Below are positions 24,492 through 40,519 of a stretch of 64,000 nt of DNA, piece by piece. Each line of letters starts with the position of its first letter. The first letter of the stretch is position 1. Origin of the DNA: Chrysomallon squamiferum (Eukaryota; Animalia; Mollusca). The stretch covers positions 6,944,001 to 7,008,000 of the forward strand of contig CM022665.1 in the NCBI GenBank assembly GCA_012295275.1, given 5' to 3'. A program made the position numbers and the translations under genes. A model generated the notes under the pieces. It ran no database searches. It was not told the DNA's origin and worked only from the letters and a program-made list of their open reading frames with translations.

Positions 24492-26224
24492 AGACACAAA
24501 CTGTTTTTTGCTGTTACACACTGACGTTTTTATCAGAATTTTGTACATAGTTTATTTTAATGTTTGTTCAGTTGTCATAACATTTATTCTGTGTGATATT
24601 AAGACATTTATAATTAAAAACAAAAATTATTTTGTGTATCTAGAATGATTTTTATTTTTAAATTGAGTAAAATGATTTGTAGCTTTTCAGTTTTAAATGT
24701 GAATTTAAAATGAAAGTAACAGCCATTGTAAATCTTCATCAGTTTGTTATTTGATTGTTTTATTTTAATATTAGCATATGTTTTTCCAGAAACAATCATT
24801 TCAAATTATACAACTAGTAAATCTGTTCTGAATTTGAAAATATTTTTTAACAGTTGTTCATTGTTTGATTTGTTTTGTGGTTGAATTTAATTTCCTAAAT
24901 CAGAAAATGTAAAATGATTATGATTATAAAGAAAGGTTTTGCTAAATGGTCTACAAAATGAGTTGAGAAGAGATTACAAAGATGTTTTTATATTCATGTT
25001 AAGCCAAGGAATTCAAACAAAGATTAGATCAGAAGACTTTAAAAATTTAAGAATTTATGCTGTTTCATTATTTTGAACAAACATTTAATTCATTTTTAAA
25101 TAAAAGATAAAACAAACTTATTGTTGATTTAATTACTATAAAATTAATTATATTAATGTTAAAAATTTCTGTAATGTCGAACATCTTGAAAATAACAAAT
25201 ATTTTTCTTTGAACTCCTAATTGAACATTCTCTCTGTGCAGCAAACTATTTCATCTTGTTTTTGCATCCTACTCTGAGAACATTTAAATCACATTTATTT
25301 TAAGATTAGTTATATATTTCAGGTACGAATTCCACATAATCTATGCAGTACTATTATTTTGTTACATTGTTGTCATTTCTCTTGTTCTTTAATAATTATA
25401 TTTGTGAATAATAGAAATATTTTAATAATACATATTTTAAAATTTATAAACATGTTGTTAGTGAGTTTCTCTTAACACACTATTTTGTTGTAATGAAAAG
25501 ATATAATTTTTATAAAAATAATATCTAAAATAATAGTAATTATTTTTTACATTTATTGTAGTTGTTTTATCGTTGTAACTTCATTAATAATAAAAGTCAT
25601 GTCATCAAAAGTCATTTAGAATTATAATGATTTTTGATACAAATGAAAGTGGTGGTGTTGTTTTTGTTATTTTCCTACAGAAATGTATATTGCTGTCAAT
25701 GGGAAAATTCATAGACAAGATTTCTTGCTCTGATTGGAAGAATGATAGTCCATGACATGAATATGATCATTATCAACATTTGTGGTACATTATAACCCAG
25801 AAGATTTAAAAAGGTGCTCTATACATTATAAAATAAAACTGTTTTTCTTTATCTTCCATTTTTTTATAATAATAAATATATTCAAAATATATAACAAAAA
25901 CAAATATAATAATAATGAAAATTTCAAAAATTCTGTTTCATCAGTACTTTTAAAAAGTTGATATTATTTTTGTTATGATTAAAATTAATGTTTCTAAAAC
26001 GGATCCTCTCCATTTAAAAGAAAAAATAGAAAAATGAAAAACTATCAGACCTGTGTTAAAAAAATAGAAATAATAAATTATGGAATAATGTAAGAGTTAA
26101 TGCCCTTCAACTCAAATGTAAGAAAAGAGGGCGTTTGTGTTTATTACAAGGTGTGGTTTTCTATCGTGTTCCGTTGTAACCTTGCGGCAAGAAATTTCTG
26201 TCTAGAATTTTCTGTAACATTTGA

Positions 26225-26575
<351 letters not shown>

Positions 26576-27994
26576 TCGGACTTTGAGAGCAAGCCAAAAG
26601 CAAGGTTTGTATTATTATTCTTAAATATTTAAATGGTAAAATTATGATCACGTACGTGCAAACATTACAGGCAATACGTAACTAATAAATTGAATAATTA
26701 AGGGAAAGGGTGTGGCAGGAATTTTCATTATCATTATCATGATTATGACTGACTATGAGTATGAGTATGAGTATTGAGTATGACTATCGTTCTCGTATTG
26801 ACACAAAAAACGTTTGGCTGATGCATTAAATACCATCAATAATAAAATGCGCACATTTCATTAAGCATTCTTTTTTAATTTTGTAAAGATTTCTTAATGA
26901 AATATAAATTAATTTATCATTTTTATGCATTCTTTTGTTTCAGATTTTTCATTTATTATCATCTGCAGATCTATGAAGAATCATATCTAAGTATCTACAT
27001 ATGTTGGCAGAGCTAAGAAATCCTTTTAACGTCTCAAGCATGAAGATTTTTATCTGCAAACACATGTGATCATGGGCATCCATATTGGAGAAATTGCCTT
27101 TGCTATTAAATCTTCTGGTATTTTCTGTTTTATACCTTATTATATTAATTTCTGAAATAGTAAATTTGATGATGAAAAATTAAGCATTTTTAAGTTACTT
27201 TTCTTGTAGATAGATATTCTATCATTATGTTGTTTTGAGTATCAATATATTTGTTTGATAAAACTGAATCTCATAAATTAAAATGAATCAAATTAATGTC
27301 TTTATTTAATACATCTGGAGTTTTACTTTTGTTTACAGTACATAAGTAAGTCATATTTTTAAATGACCAAGTATTTAGAAATATTTATGGACCATTATAA
27401 TTAAACAAATGTAGTTATACAGATAACCTGTTAATATTAAATATCAAGAAAATCAATTTTCACAAAAATTTAATGATAAATATTTACCCTCTTCAAAAAT
27501 AAGAAGGAAGTATGAAGATCTGTGTAAAACATGTCTGTAACATATAAAGGATTAAATATTTAATTTATCTTGAAATTGTGAATGGCATATTTTGATTGAT
27601 ATTATTGTTTTCTTACATTTTTATTCAGTTGTTAATTAAATGGTGTACTGTGAGATATTTTGTTATAGCTCTGTACAGTTCTTATTATATACATACTGGT
27701 AAATTACAAATTACCAGGAATTAATTTAGCCTTTATGTACTGTGTTATCTGAACATTCATTAATATTTTATCTTTTTTCAAAATGAAAATGTCAGATGAT
27801 ATTTGCTAAAGTAGATGCATGACAGGATGTGAAATGATGTTTAACTCTAGTCTTTGTGTTCAGTAGCATTGTACTCAAACATACTTTTTGTTAACTATGA
27901 CCCATTTTGGGTGGTTTTTTTGACTGATTGATATAATTTATTTACTAGATTACTTTTGAGAAAGGTGGTGTTTTAGAATGGTTGATTCTGCTTC

Positions 27995-28030
<36 letters not shown>

Positions 28031-31000
28031 CCGATTGTTTTGCTAATATGATATGTATTTCATATAAAAATACCTTTTTATTTTCAACACTACAGTACTT
28101 AAAGTATCTTTGCTACTTTATACATTTAATATATTTAGTAGGGTTACAAGTTTAACTCTTTTTTTAAATTAATTTTTTTTTATATATATATATATATATT
28201 TTTTAATTTTGTCAATTTAATGGGCAAATGTGCATATATTATTTATTTTAGATGTTAATATTTTGTGTGGTTTTTTTTTTAAGAAAAGAAAAGGTCAATA
28301 ACTGAAAGAAAGTATATGTACATTACATGTTGGTCTACTGCAAATATCAGATTAAATTTTAGTTTTTGTGTTATCTGTTCTTATGCAACAGTGTTATTAA
28401 CATTTATTATAAAACTAATTTCCAGCAGGAAGTAGATTGTTTAAATGTATATATGTTTTATTATACCTGTTTTTGGTTTAATACTTTTTACAATATTTAA
28501 TTTGCCATTATCTAAATTTATATGTTCATTTATCAAATTAATTTGATATATATTTATTACATTTACATAATATATATATATGATCTTTAAGAAAAACTAC
28601 ACAAACATTTATTTGACATGTTGACATCTTTTTATCAGTTTTAATACCAGTTAAGCTTGATGTAGTTATCCATTTTATTGAGATCAGAAAAATAAATACA
28701 GCGATAGAAAAGCAAGACATATATTAAGTACAGGAATGTTTTTGTGTGAAATATTTTCTTTCTGATTATGCTGTTGAATATTTGAAAAAGAATGTATTTA
28801 TATGATTACTATATTATGTATGTAGTTAATGATACTAAATGTGAATGTTAATGTATAATAATTTGAAGGAATTCTTGGAGGTGAGAGCCAAGAAGCAGAG
28901 GACCACTTTCTTTATCCATTAAATCCAAAGACTGGTAACATCTACAGACAATCTGCAGTTTAATTTATTTCCAAATAGTCAACTCAAGTTTATCATCCTA
29001 TTTATTTTAGAACCAGTTAATGTATGCATTTTTTTCTTTCTTATTTTTTCTCTATAACGTTAGATAATATATATTATGTAATTCATAATTTATAATTCAG
29101 TGTAGTCAGTTATTACCGATATCATAATGTGCATTTAATTCTTAGATTAAAAAAAATTGTGTGTACAGACAAGAAGTAGCTTGTATTTTATGTAAGATGT
29201 TTGTAAATTCATTAATTATAAAACAAACATCTGACAAAAATGATAAAATGGACGAAAAGTGAATCCAAATTTTTTTTTTTAAAATATCTACACAGTTCAG
29301 TATAGAATGATTAGAGCATGCCACACCTATTTCATTGTGATTTGTCATTTTAATTCTTTATAATATAAAAGACCAAATAACAGAATGACTCTCTACTGCA
29401 TTTTAGTTATTATGGTTTGTTTTCCTTTCTGATTTTTATTTTCTAATTAACTTCACAACCACTTTAGATTATAAATATGATTAGTCGTTTACATGGGCAT
29501 GAAATTACAGTTCTAGTTTTGCATTTGAGTAAAAACCTTTCAGTATTAATTAAAAATAGTGCACAGTGCAAGAAGCATTTGTTTAAAAGTGATCAAGATG
29601 CATGACATAGGTGTGATAATGAACAATAGCAAACAAAATGTCTCACGAGTTCTAAAATGTGTTCAAACAACAAAAATAAGTTTTATTCTTGTGACCTACT
29701 GATATAAATTTGTATAAAATGTTATGCTTTCTTTACAAATTATTTTACCTAATTTTTATTTGACCAGTGAATATTGTTATTTTGAGTGTCTTAGATGTTT
29801 TTGTTACAGTTTTCTAACTGTTGTTGTTACTTCATACATTTTCTATCTCTCATAACATTATTGTAAAATTACACAGGTACTTGACTGATTACAACATATC
29901 TTTAACAATGAGCCAGCATCAAAATATAACTGTTCATGAAATCCATAATGTAATGGTGCTCTTTGTTGCGATTTCTTTCAAATTTTACTTGTTGGAGTCA
30001 TTGTTAAACCTTATTTTATTTTACAATAAGCATCTGATATTTGGATGTCCTAATTTAATGAGTAAAACTTTATTTTGAATAGAAACTCAATGTAAAATAT
30101 TTACCTTTTTTTTTCTGTCATATTTACTATAAAACTATTTAATAAAATAATAGCATACATTTGTTCATATATAATGGTATTTGATGTACAGGAGAATTTT
30201 TTACTTTTAATCTTATTTTATTCACATATTTTTTCCCTACTTGGTTGTGCAATATTATTAATGAAGTCATTTACATCTTTTAGACATTTCTCTTTTTACT
30301 TTTTAATTCTATTTATGGACATAGGTCCTGATTTTGTTGTTTTTATGTTAGTGATATCTCTGTAAGTTATTCTTTCAGTTCAGTGTTTGAAAGAAATAAA
30401 ATGTGCATTGGTTTACATAGTTTTGTTGTCATGTTTATAGTGATATGCATCCTTGGTTTTTGCACATTTTTATTACTGTCATTATTATACTGTATTTAAT
30501 AAAAACATTTCCAAAATATAGTTGATGGAAGTAGTTTCTTCTGATTTTGTAAATGTATAATTAAAATATTGAAATTAAAATGCCATAAATTTTAAGAATT
30601 ATATTCTGTGATAAAAATGTATTGCTATAAATAATAATACCATCAGTTTTCAAAATTCTGTATTCATTTCTTACAGCTGTTTATAGTGGTTGTATTAAAT
30701 AACAGTAACAGCTGTCAAAAAACAAATACACTGACACTCCCAGTATTAAAATTAAAACATGCAAATATTGCCATTATTATAAACAGTTATTGTTTACTTT
30801 ATGCTAGATTGATTATATAGAATGTATTTAAATTACTGTTCTAAACCAGATGTTTTTGCAATACTAATTTTAGACACGAGTGAAAAAAACAAATATAACT
30901 AAAACTCAAGTCAAAACTGCAAGCAAGTCCATATGTTTCAATCAATATGAAATGAATATTTAGAAAAACACATTTTGCATTTAAATCTGTGGACATTATT

Positions 31001-34000
31001 TCTTTTCAATAAATTACTAATTTTAAAAAGGTGTTTTTTCTCTTATAATTTTATTTTAATTATTTTTTAAACTTGTATAGCACAATATTTTGTAATGTAA
31101 CTGTTTATGTACAGTTTAGTGATAGAGTTACCTGTTATAAAATAGTTTTACTACATTCAGAAAGTATTCTGGTAACTTTAATGGAAAGAAATATTCCTTT
31201 TGCCCTATTATCTAAAACTTAAAATGTTAAAAATAAACATAAATCTAGTGTTAGAGAAATGTCATTCCATTTTACTGAACTGAATACCTACAGAATTTAG
31301 TGTAGGCATATCATAATTTATAACTGGGTTTTGTTCACTAAACAATATGTTGGTAACAGTGCTTTGTACATGAACAGTCAACAATAGCCAGTAATGACAT
31401 ATTTATATCAGTACTTCAGATCATAATGGAAAATCTATTGGAAAAAAAACAACTATATATGTGTGTATACATACAGATATATATATATATATATATATAG
31501 CACTGAGTTGTACCGCTTAATAATTCAGTAATTGAAAGTAAGGGTTACATTTATTTTTTTAAAACTATTTTGTTAAATATAAAACAAAATTAATACAATA
31601 AAGATAAATTAAATTTGCAGCCAAAAAACCCCAAAGTTAACCAACATTTTGGTTGCTTATTAATGCACAAAACCTTGATCTGTTGAAGCATTTTAACATT
31701 TATTCTCTATTTCACATAGTTGGTAAAGACAGGCTCCCTACTCATAATTACAAAAATGCTGTTTTACATTTCAAAAAAAAAAATATGTTGGTATCAGTTT
31801 GAGCAGATGATGTGTAATAAAGATAAACTAGTTTAACCTTAAATGGGAATTGGATTTCAAGTCCTAAAAATTATAATCCATCTTTTTTAATAATATAGAC
31901 ATATATTAATAATATAACACAAACACAGAGACACACAAACACACACACATATATACATACATACATTCATTCATATCTATGATGTTACTTCTCTTAAGAA
32001 AAAATAAGGCCAGCTTTAGATTTTGTTTATATCTGCAGATTATTAATTTTTTTAGAAAGTGTTGTCTTAATTTTAAAAAAAGAAGTAAAAAGAAACTTAT
32101 ACCACCATCATTTTAAGATGAAATAATAAAGAACAATGAGAACAATTTGAAAGAAATGGTGCGTAAGTGTGTCCTGCCTGTACAATCAGTGTGTATATTA
32201 AGAAAACATTTCAGTGAAAATGTGTTTAAAACACTTTTTAAAATATCGATATTAAGAAAAGACGCGATTTTAAATTCTGCAATAAATCAAATAACTATTT
32301 CGTGGTTAGTAAAAAATGTTTAGTAAGACTGGGTCTCCTATTTTTAAACACATTTAATTTTTCTCAAACTGACATGAATAGACGGGATAATTATGAGCCT
32401 TGTGGGCTAGTGTTAGTAAAAGGAAATCTTGTATACTGACTAAGTAATAAAAAGAAATGCATATATATAATATGTTATTTGATAAGAAATTTATCTCAAT
32501 AATAATAATAATAATAATTTGTTATTATACAGAATGAAAGATAAAATGTTGAATTTATACTAGATTTATCCCAAGATCATAGGAAGAACATAATAATAAC
32601 AACAACAATAATAAAGAGAATAATTGAAAAAAAAAAACCCCAAAAAACATTCCTTATATCTGCCTGACAATAAATTTAAATTTCTTAACAATGTAAACTA
32701 TTTTGTAATTTTCATTCACTATTTTTTACAAACTATTAAAATGTTCAGAAGAACATAATTAAATTAATCCCGATCCTGTCAGCTTTAAATGCAAAAATAA
32801 ACTTACACTAGTCAGGTATCTTCATTTTAAAGCTTTTGTAATGGGGTCTTTTCTGAATATCTAATCAATAAAAGTTAATATAAAAATTCATCCCACGTTT
32901 TGTACCTTTTGTCACTTCATATTATGTATGTTTGTGTGAAGAAAGAGAGAGAAAATATGTATTTATCTGTGCCATCTTGTTCTATTAACATCCTTCATAA
33001 TCCTGACACTAAATAAGATGAAATATGTTTTGATATTAGTCACCATAACTGTCAACAGTATTTGTTTTATGTTGAAACAACTGTATTATTACATATTGAA
33101 GTCTCTCTGAGAGAGATCTATATAAAGAATAAATTTAATTCACTTAAAATACAAATATCAACCAATCAGCTCCACAAATGAAACTTTCTGTCATCCCATA
33201 TAAGGGGGCAATACATTAATTAACTGACATAATTACACTACAGAAATTTAATTTTAATCCCAGAAAAGTAAGTCTGAAATGAATATCGACACACTGTTAA
33301 TCCAGAAACATTTTCAAGGATCTGAACTGACAGAAATTTGTAACAGAATATGATGTTTCCTTGATAAGAATTATTCATCTTAATCTCTGAAAACAAATAA
33401 AATAAAATAAAATAAAAGGAAAATAAACATAATATAATAATAATTCACCGAATAGAAAAATATATTTATTTATTTAGATATATATATATTTTTTTTATCC
33501 TACTCATGTATTTGGTTTACTTTGTCATTAAAATACCACCCTGAATATAAGCTGATAGCAAACTTAATTTTTTTTCTTATTTTTTTAAATTTTTTATTAC
33601 TGTTACTGTTTTTTGAGGAAAAGAAAGGCCTAATATAAATACTTTAGATTATATTTAAAATTTCTTACACTGTTCTTTTCTGATGCTCTAAAATGTTCTG
33701 CATTTTAACAGTTTTAAATATTTTATGCAGTGCTGATAACAAATCATTTTCTTTCATTATCATGATCATCATTATAATTATGATATTATCATAATCAACA
33801 TTGTCATACTGTTATTATCATCATCATCATGTTCAACCCATTTTGCTAATGTCATCCTATATTTTTTGACTGATTAATACCTGAATGTTTTTGGGATGTA
33901 TTTTCGAAAATGTGATATCTACTATTAATATACTTTATATATCTTTTCACAGATTATTATTTATAATAATTACTGGTTTTTTTTTTCTTTTTTTTTTTTT

Positions 34001-34541
34001 TTTTACTCACAGTAGAACATGAACAATAATAGAGAAAGACTTCATATACTTTGATTTTTCCTTTTTCTCCATTCGCTAACCACATTTAAAAATAATAAAA
34101 ATAATAAATAAATAATAAACCTGGAATTCAATTATTTATCATCTTTCATTTCAGAAATATAAATTAAACTGGAACAGTTTGTAAAGGTAATTGAACGCAG
34201 GAAACGTGGAATGATTCTTAAAATGAAAATGATTTTCTATCACTTTGCCATATGTCATGTTTTCCAGTCTTTGTCATATGCTGGTGTATGACAGAAGGGT
34301 TGATATTCCCAGGTGTGCAGTCTTACTGAGCTAATCAACAAGTTTATTACAGGTAAACCATTATCTGCACTACACAACAATTGACTTTATTAATCAAAAT
34401 TAATGAAGAGTACTCAGCAATTTATTAGACTGCAAAGTCTTTTTTTTTGTCTTTTTTTTTTTTTTTTTTTTTTTAAATTAAAATAAAACCATTGTTTTTC
34501 AGATTAAGTAGTGAAATAAATCAATGTTATGATTTTTTTGT

Positions 34542-34582
<41 letters not shown>

Positions 34583-34668
34583 TTTATTTATTTATTGCTT
34601 TTATTTATTTAATAATAATTTTACTCAGTTAACTTATTTGTTTATATTGTTATTGTTGTTATTAATTT

Positions 34669-34699
<31 letters not shown>

Positions 34700-35130
34700 T
34701 CATCATCATCATCATCATCATTATTATTATGGTTTTTTTTTTTTTTGTAGGCAACAAAAAGAAAATGTACTGTACTTGTTATTAATTTTAAAATAATATA
34801 TGTATATAGTTGTGTGCTACTGTATTATTTCCCTTATTGTGTTTATTATTATTATTATAATTTCTGTTGCTGCTGTTGTTGTTGTTGTTATTATTATTAT
34901 TATTATTATTGTATATGATAATCAATAAAATTTAAATAAAACATTTTTGCATTTAGCAGAAATTAAAACATCTGCTGGTGTTTGTGATTAATATTAAATT
35001 TCCCAAATGTATGTTTGTGACTGGTCTCACATATTGGGAAAATGAAAAGTATGATAGTGTACATCTCAAATGCTACAAAAAGGAATGAAAAATGTAATAT
35101 GCTTTATTTTGTAAGATACTAAATTATTAC

Positions 35131-35165
<35 letters not shown>

Positions 35166-36804
35166 TTTTTTATTTATTAAACTATTAATTCAAACTATGT
35201 AATATTCATGAATGAATGTCTGCCATTATCCAGGCTCATTTAGTTCAGCTCATTGTCAGTTAACAGTTTATACAGAATGCTAAACATAGACAATATTAAT
35301 TTTCACTTGACCATGTTTGTTCTAAAGAAGATTAAAACAAAAATGTTTTCTTCTACTTGTGTTATAATTATTAAACATATTGCTTTATAACAACATTTGC
35401 TATTTTGAATTAAATTAAATTAAATTATGACTTATTCATGCAATGCATTCCTGGATTATCTAAAATTCTTGCATTTTATTTTTATATGTTATTCATGCAC
35501 ATTATTTATATGTTATGACTTATTCATGCAATGTAATCATGAATGATGACTTATTCATGTATTTTATTCATAGATATTGAAAGTATGAGGCACTTGAAGC
35601 CTCCAGCTAAATTCCAATCCTTGAAAGTATAATTACCAATTATTATTAATGTCTTCCTGCAGATTTGTGCAGAAAAAAATATTCTGCACACTTATTTCAC
35701 AAAAAATACGTTTTTGTTTGTATAAAATAGTATTTACATGTCATCACATTTTTATTAATATTCATAAGTAGTTTCTGTTTCTCGTTTCTCTGAATATTAA
35801 TTACTTTCTTTTATGCAGATACACACACATATTTAAAATTACACAAAAAATATTTTGTATGTTCATTTTTTCCAAAGAAATAGCATATTTAAATAAATAA
35901 AACCAATATTACACATTTAGTATGCATCACCTTAAAAATTAACTTCATTTTATTTATATTTTCCTTTTAATGTTTTATTTTATTTAAATTTTGTTTTATT
36001 ATAACAAAATCAGTTCTCTTCTTTGTAATCATTTTTAAGAAGAAATAAGAAGTTTGTTACTTACAAAATATCCTTTTTAATGAAATAATAAAATAATTTA
36101 AATGTAAAAAAAAATCATAATATGAGACATTTAAATTAGTTATTTACAGAGAAAAACAAAAATAGCTTCTCAGATCTACATTATTCAATTTCCTTCGCAC
36201 AGTTTATTAAAATTTAAATGGAGAAAACAATGACGACTGTTTGTACTCTTTGCCCTTTGAAAACGACCAACAACAGTATTGCAGGACACGGAATGCTCAG
36301 TCTGACATGTTTATTTAACCCAACGACTGCTTGGCTATAGTTTATTTCATGTTAAGTTTTACATTTACAGCTAAGATGACATCTGAGAAGAAAAAATTAT
36401 TCTTCATCCTTTATCCCTGTCAAGATCAATTAAGGTGAGACTTGGAAATCAGGTGTGCAGGTTTCAATGTCGTAATTGTTGTAAATTTTTAATCAGTTTC
36501 CAATGGCTGTATTAAATATTCATAACAAACTGTGCGACACTTCATAAAGAATAAGAAATATTCTCTGTCATTGTTGAAATTTTTACTTTGAACTTTCAGA
36601 AGAAGAAAGGCGATACCATTTGCAACAGATATTTAGTTTATAACAGATTTAAACAAACGTTTTATTTTTTATATCTGTTATTTCATAGCCTTTTTCTTTT
36701 TTAATAATAAATTTTAATGTTTTATGGTATTTTAATTTTAACATATATTAGACATATCAACTATAATCATACATAAATATTCATATTTGGGAACAGTGCA
36801 ACAT

Positions 36805-36940
36805 ATAACCAGTAGAGCATATACCATAGTCTTGATAAACAATGGAGGACTAGCTGGAACATGAATTGACTCTGTGGGTTCACCATGGAGATTTGATCCA
36901 GTGAGTGAATACACCTGACATCATTAAGCACTGAGCAACA
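36805..36940 (-). mobile_element. Decayed tRNA-derived SINE fragment
   Basis: The - strand shows A-box-like TGCTCAGTGC and B-box-like GGATCAAATCT at tRNA-like spacing. The adjacent sequence (+ strand AGCATATACCA...GCTGGAAC...TGGGTTCACCATG) resembles an abundant gastropod SINE as I recall it; not verified. Confidence 0.4.
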
Positions 36941-37218
36941 GTTAATTTGATTATCTTTTATCTTTTTATCATATACAAATAAATAAATAAATGACTGTTA
37001 TTTGTTTGTTTTACACTGTAACTGAATATTTATTTTTATCCCTGTGCTTAGACATACAAAAAACAGCTAAAACGCACATAATGCATGCACATAAATATAA
37101 ACAAAACAATTTATGTGCATACACATACATACAAATATATACCATGTACCTATAAACCTTCACACACACTTATTTAATTATTGATTTTGTATGAACAATT
37201 CATATTTTTTTCCACCAG

Positions 37219-37281
37219 TGATTAGCCCCTCACCTGCTGATCCCAGATTTAGACACCACTAGTCTTCTCGTGTGATTATCA
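37219..37281 (+). repeat. 63-bp dispersed direct repeat, copy 1
   Basis: TGATTAGCCCCTCACCTGCTGATCCCAGATTTAGACACCACTAGTCTTCTCGTGTGATTATCA is 61/63 identical to 39359-39421. Confidence 0.9.
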
Positions 37282-38105
37282 CATGAAACCTTTCTACTAT
37301 TTTCTACTAATCTGTTTCCTTTCCTTAAGACCATGTTATAGAAATCACTCATAATTTTATTATCTATTATGTTGTCATACTGGATATTTACTGCTGCCTA
37401 TTTGAAACACGATAATTTTGTTTTTATACAGAATTGTGAAAACAAAATAATGACTTTGTTTTCCTTTTCAGTGTTTTGCTGTTAATGGACTTTCTTTTTC
37501 TTCTTCTTCTTCTTTTTTTTTTTTTTTTTTTTTTTTTCTCTTGATTTTGTTTAGATGAAGGAGACTTTAACCTTGAATTCTATGAATTGGTTGTAAATAA
37601 AGTGAGTTCTATCATCCTTGAATCACTCTATAAAATTATATCAGTTCCATCTAGCCTATCCTCGATTATTTCCAATACTATTCATTTCTGAGGGAACCAT
37701 ACAGAAATTTATTTTTTTGGGTTGTTCAATCAGTTCTAGCAAACAAAGGGTTTGGGGTGTTAACATTTATCAGATCAGTTTTACTGTTCTGTCAATGTCG
37801 AGAAAGAGCAGGAGTCATTCTGTGTGATCAGTTTCAAGTCTCAGTTGACAAATTGCCATTGAAACTCTTGAAAATATTCACCTATCTTTTAATCTTATCA
37901 CACTTATAAGATGTATTTTGAAAACGTCTTAATCTTTTTGGCTGACATTAGCAAGGCATTGGATATATAATTTGTTTACGCATTTTGTCAGATGTCATGT
38001 GAAATAAGTTATTGCCTATTGAAATATGATGCATTAAAATATGTATATATGTACATTTGTATGTGTGTATAGATGTATGAATGTGTGTATGTGTGTATGT
38101 ATGTT

Positions 38106-38147
<42 letters not shown>

Positions 38148-38754
38148 TATGTGTTTGTGTATTTGTTTGTGAGTAAGTATATATGTATGTACGTATTATA
38201 TAGGTTCTTTTATTTTTTCTGTATAGTTTGAATATTTTACTACCTTCTTGCACCATTCAATTATTACCTTATCCATCCTCATAAATAAATAATCCTGTCT
38301 ATGAGAAGGCAGATTCAAAAGATCTCTTGCTGCTAACTGATAAAAAAAAAAGCCCATAAAGCAGAAAAAGAATGCTTTATCTCTTATAATTTTACAGAAA
38401 TAATAAGTTTAACAAAATAGCAATTAATAATAAAATGTGTTGACATCTATCAAAAATTTATTTTCTGACATTACTTCAAGATTACAAATCATTCATAATT
38501 TAAATATCAGATTTAATAAATAAAATATTTTGCATTTTTACATGTTTTTAAACAGTTTTTATTGATGTTGATAACTGTTGTTCTGAAAATATGAAGAAAA
38601 GAGAGACAAAAATAACACCTGGCTAGAGAGTATAAAATAAGAGCAGATCACTCTGATGTTTGTATTAAATAACATTACTTTTCATTTGTTTTTCTGTTAT
38701 TACTATTGTTTTTTTTTTGTTTTTTGGTGGGTTTTTTTTGTATGGGTTAAGGTT

Positions 38755-38788
<34 letters not shown>

Positions 38789-39358
38789 TTTAATATTTTT
38801 TTTTTAACAGTTTTTATTTATTGTTTTTTATGATAATGATGATGATAATAATGCTCTAAGTTATTATTATTATTTTAGAAATAAAAACTGAAATTTCATA
38901 TCAAACTCTTGCTCCAAGTTGAAAAAAACAAACAAAAAAACCAAACATATAAAAAATGAATAAAACACATAATGTAAATAATAATAAATTAAACCCACCA
39001 GTTTCTTGCTTTAAAGCAGTTTTGATATGAATGACAAGAATAATTTTGATTTATGTTAATTTAGCTGTCTGTATCTTTGAAATGTTTGTTTTGGACCAAA
39101 AAAAAAAAAAAAAAAAAAAATTATTTTAATAAAAAATTTACATTACAATTCTTAATTTTTATATGACAACTGCCTGTAAAGTTTATAATTCTTTATGAAA
39201 ATCCTTATATTTATAATAATCACTGTTGCATATCACATCCTGCTGTTTGATTCATTTTCCATTTTGTATGGATGATGTTGCATTCATGTCTCAGTGAACA
39301 AGCCCAGATGACTGCAGTTGTTGCTTTGTGTGCAGATAATTAGAGGAAAATTGGCCAA

Positions 39359-39421
39359 TGATTAGCCCCTCACCTGCTGATCCCAGATTTAGACACTACT
39401 AGTCTTCTCGTGCGATTATCA
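39359..39421 (+). repeat. 63-bp dispersed direct repeat, copy 2
   Basis: Second copy, 2140 bp downstream of copy 1, with 2 mismatches. Confidence 0.9.
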
Positions 39422-40519
39422 TTTTCAGTTCTCTGTTCCAACTTCAAGGTCAGAGAGTAACAGACTTCACCTACAAGGATGAACTTCTGTCTTTATAGTT
39501 TTTGCAAGATTATAACTCATTTGTTCATTAATCTTTTATTTTTAATTAAATACAAATAATTAATAATAGACTGAATTTTTTAATAATATCGTCTTTTTTT
39601 TTTCTTTTTTTTTCCTAGTTTCAGCAGGAAGTCTTGTTTTCATTAAGTGGATATTTTAATTTTTTTTAATTTTTTTTTTTTTATAGTTTTTTTTTTTTTC
39701 ATTTATTTGAATGTGCTTGTTTATAGTTTCTTTAATAAATAATTTAAAAAGTGAATGGCAATAGCAAAATAAAATAGTATTAGCTGATTATTTTATTTGT
39801 TTACCAAATACAGTGACTTCTCAAAAGAAAAAAGAAAAAAAGAAGAAATATATATATATAGATTATTATTTAAAGGAACAAAATGATTTAAAAGAGTGAA
39901 TACATAAATAAAAAAAGAGTTAAATAGCAAAAACAATTTAATATGAACTTGAATTCTAATAAGTAATAATACATATTTAAATCTTAAAATAAGAATCAAG
40001 TACATGATTCAGTATATAACTGTAATTATTATTATCAGCTGCATTCATTTACTAAAGTTCTGTTTGGCTTAGTCTTTTAATGGTATTTTTGAAACAACAC
40101 ATGACACGCAAATGAAGTGTATTTTACTTTCAGATCTGTAGTCCCTGTTTGAATATAATTAATTAATTCATTAAATTTAATTGATTTTATTACTTAAGAT
40201 TTTTTTTTTTTTATGATATATATGTATATGCATGTGTATTTAAAACATCAAATACTATTTTTCTAGCAATGAGAATGTACACCTCTGATCATCCTTGTTT
40301 TTAAAAAGCTTTGTAGCAACTGAAAGAGATTTTTTTTCCCCCACTCTGCAGATTTTCAAAAACCAACAACTCTGACTGCAAACATTATTATTTTTCTGTT
40401 ATATTTCTTCATTTTGAAAGATTAAGTTACTTACTAAATTTTCAAAAATATATTTGTCAAAAAAATATATTACTTTATGTAAAAGTAATATTTAAAAAAA
40501 AAATTAAGAAATTTCTGGA

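Noticed and set aside
26600-40500. Additional genes or Drosophila-like polycistronic InaF ORFs in the desert
   Set aside because: Only short low-complexity ORFs are present. I saw no second InaF motif or spliceable exon chain.
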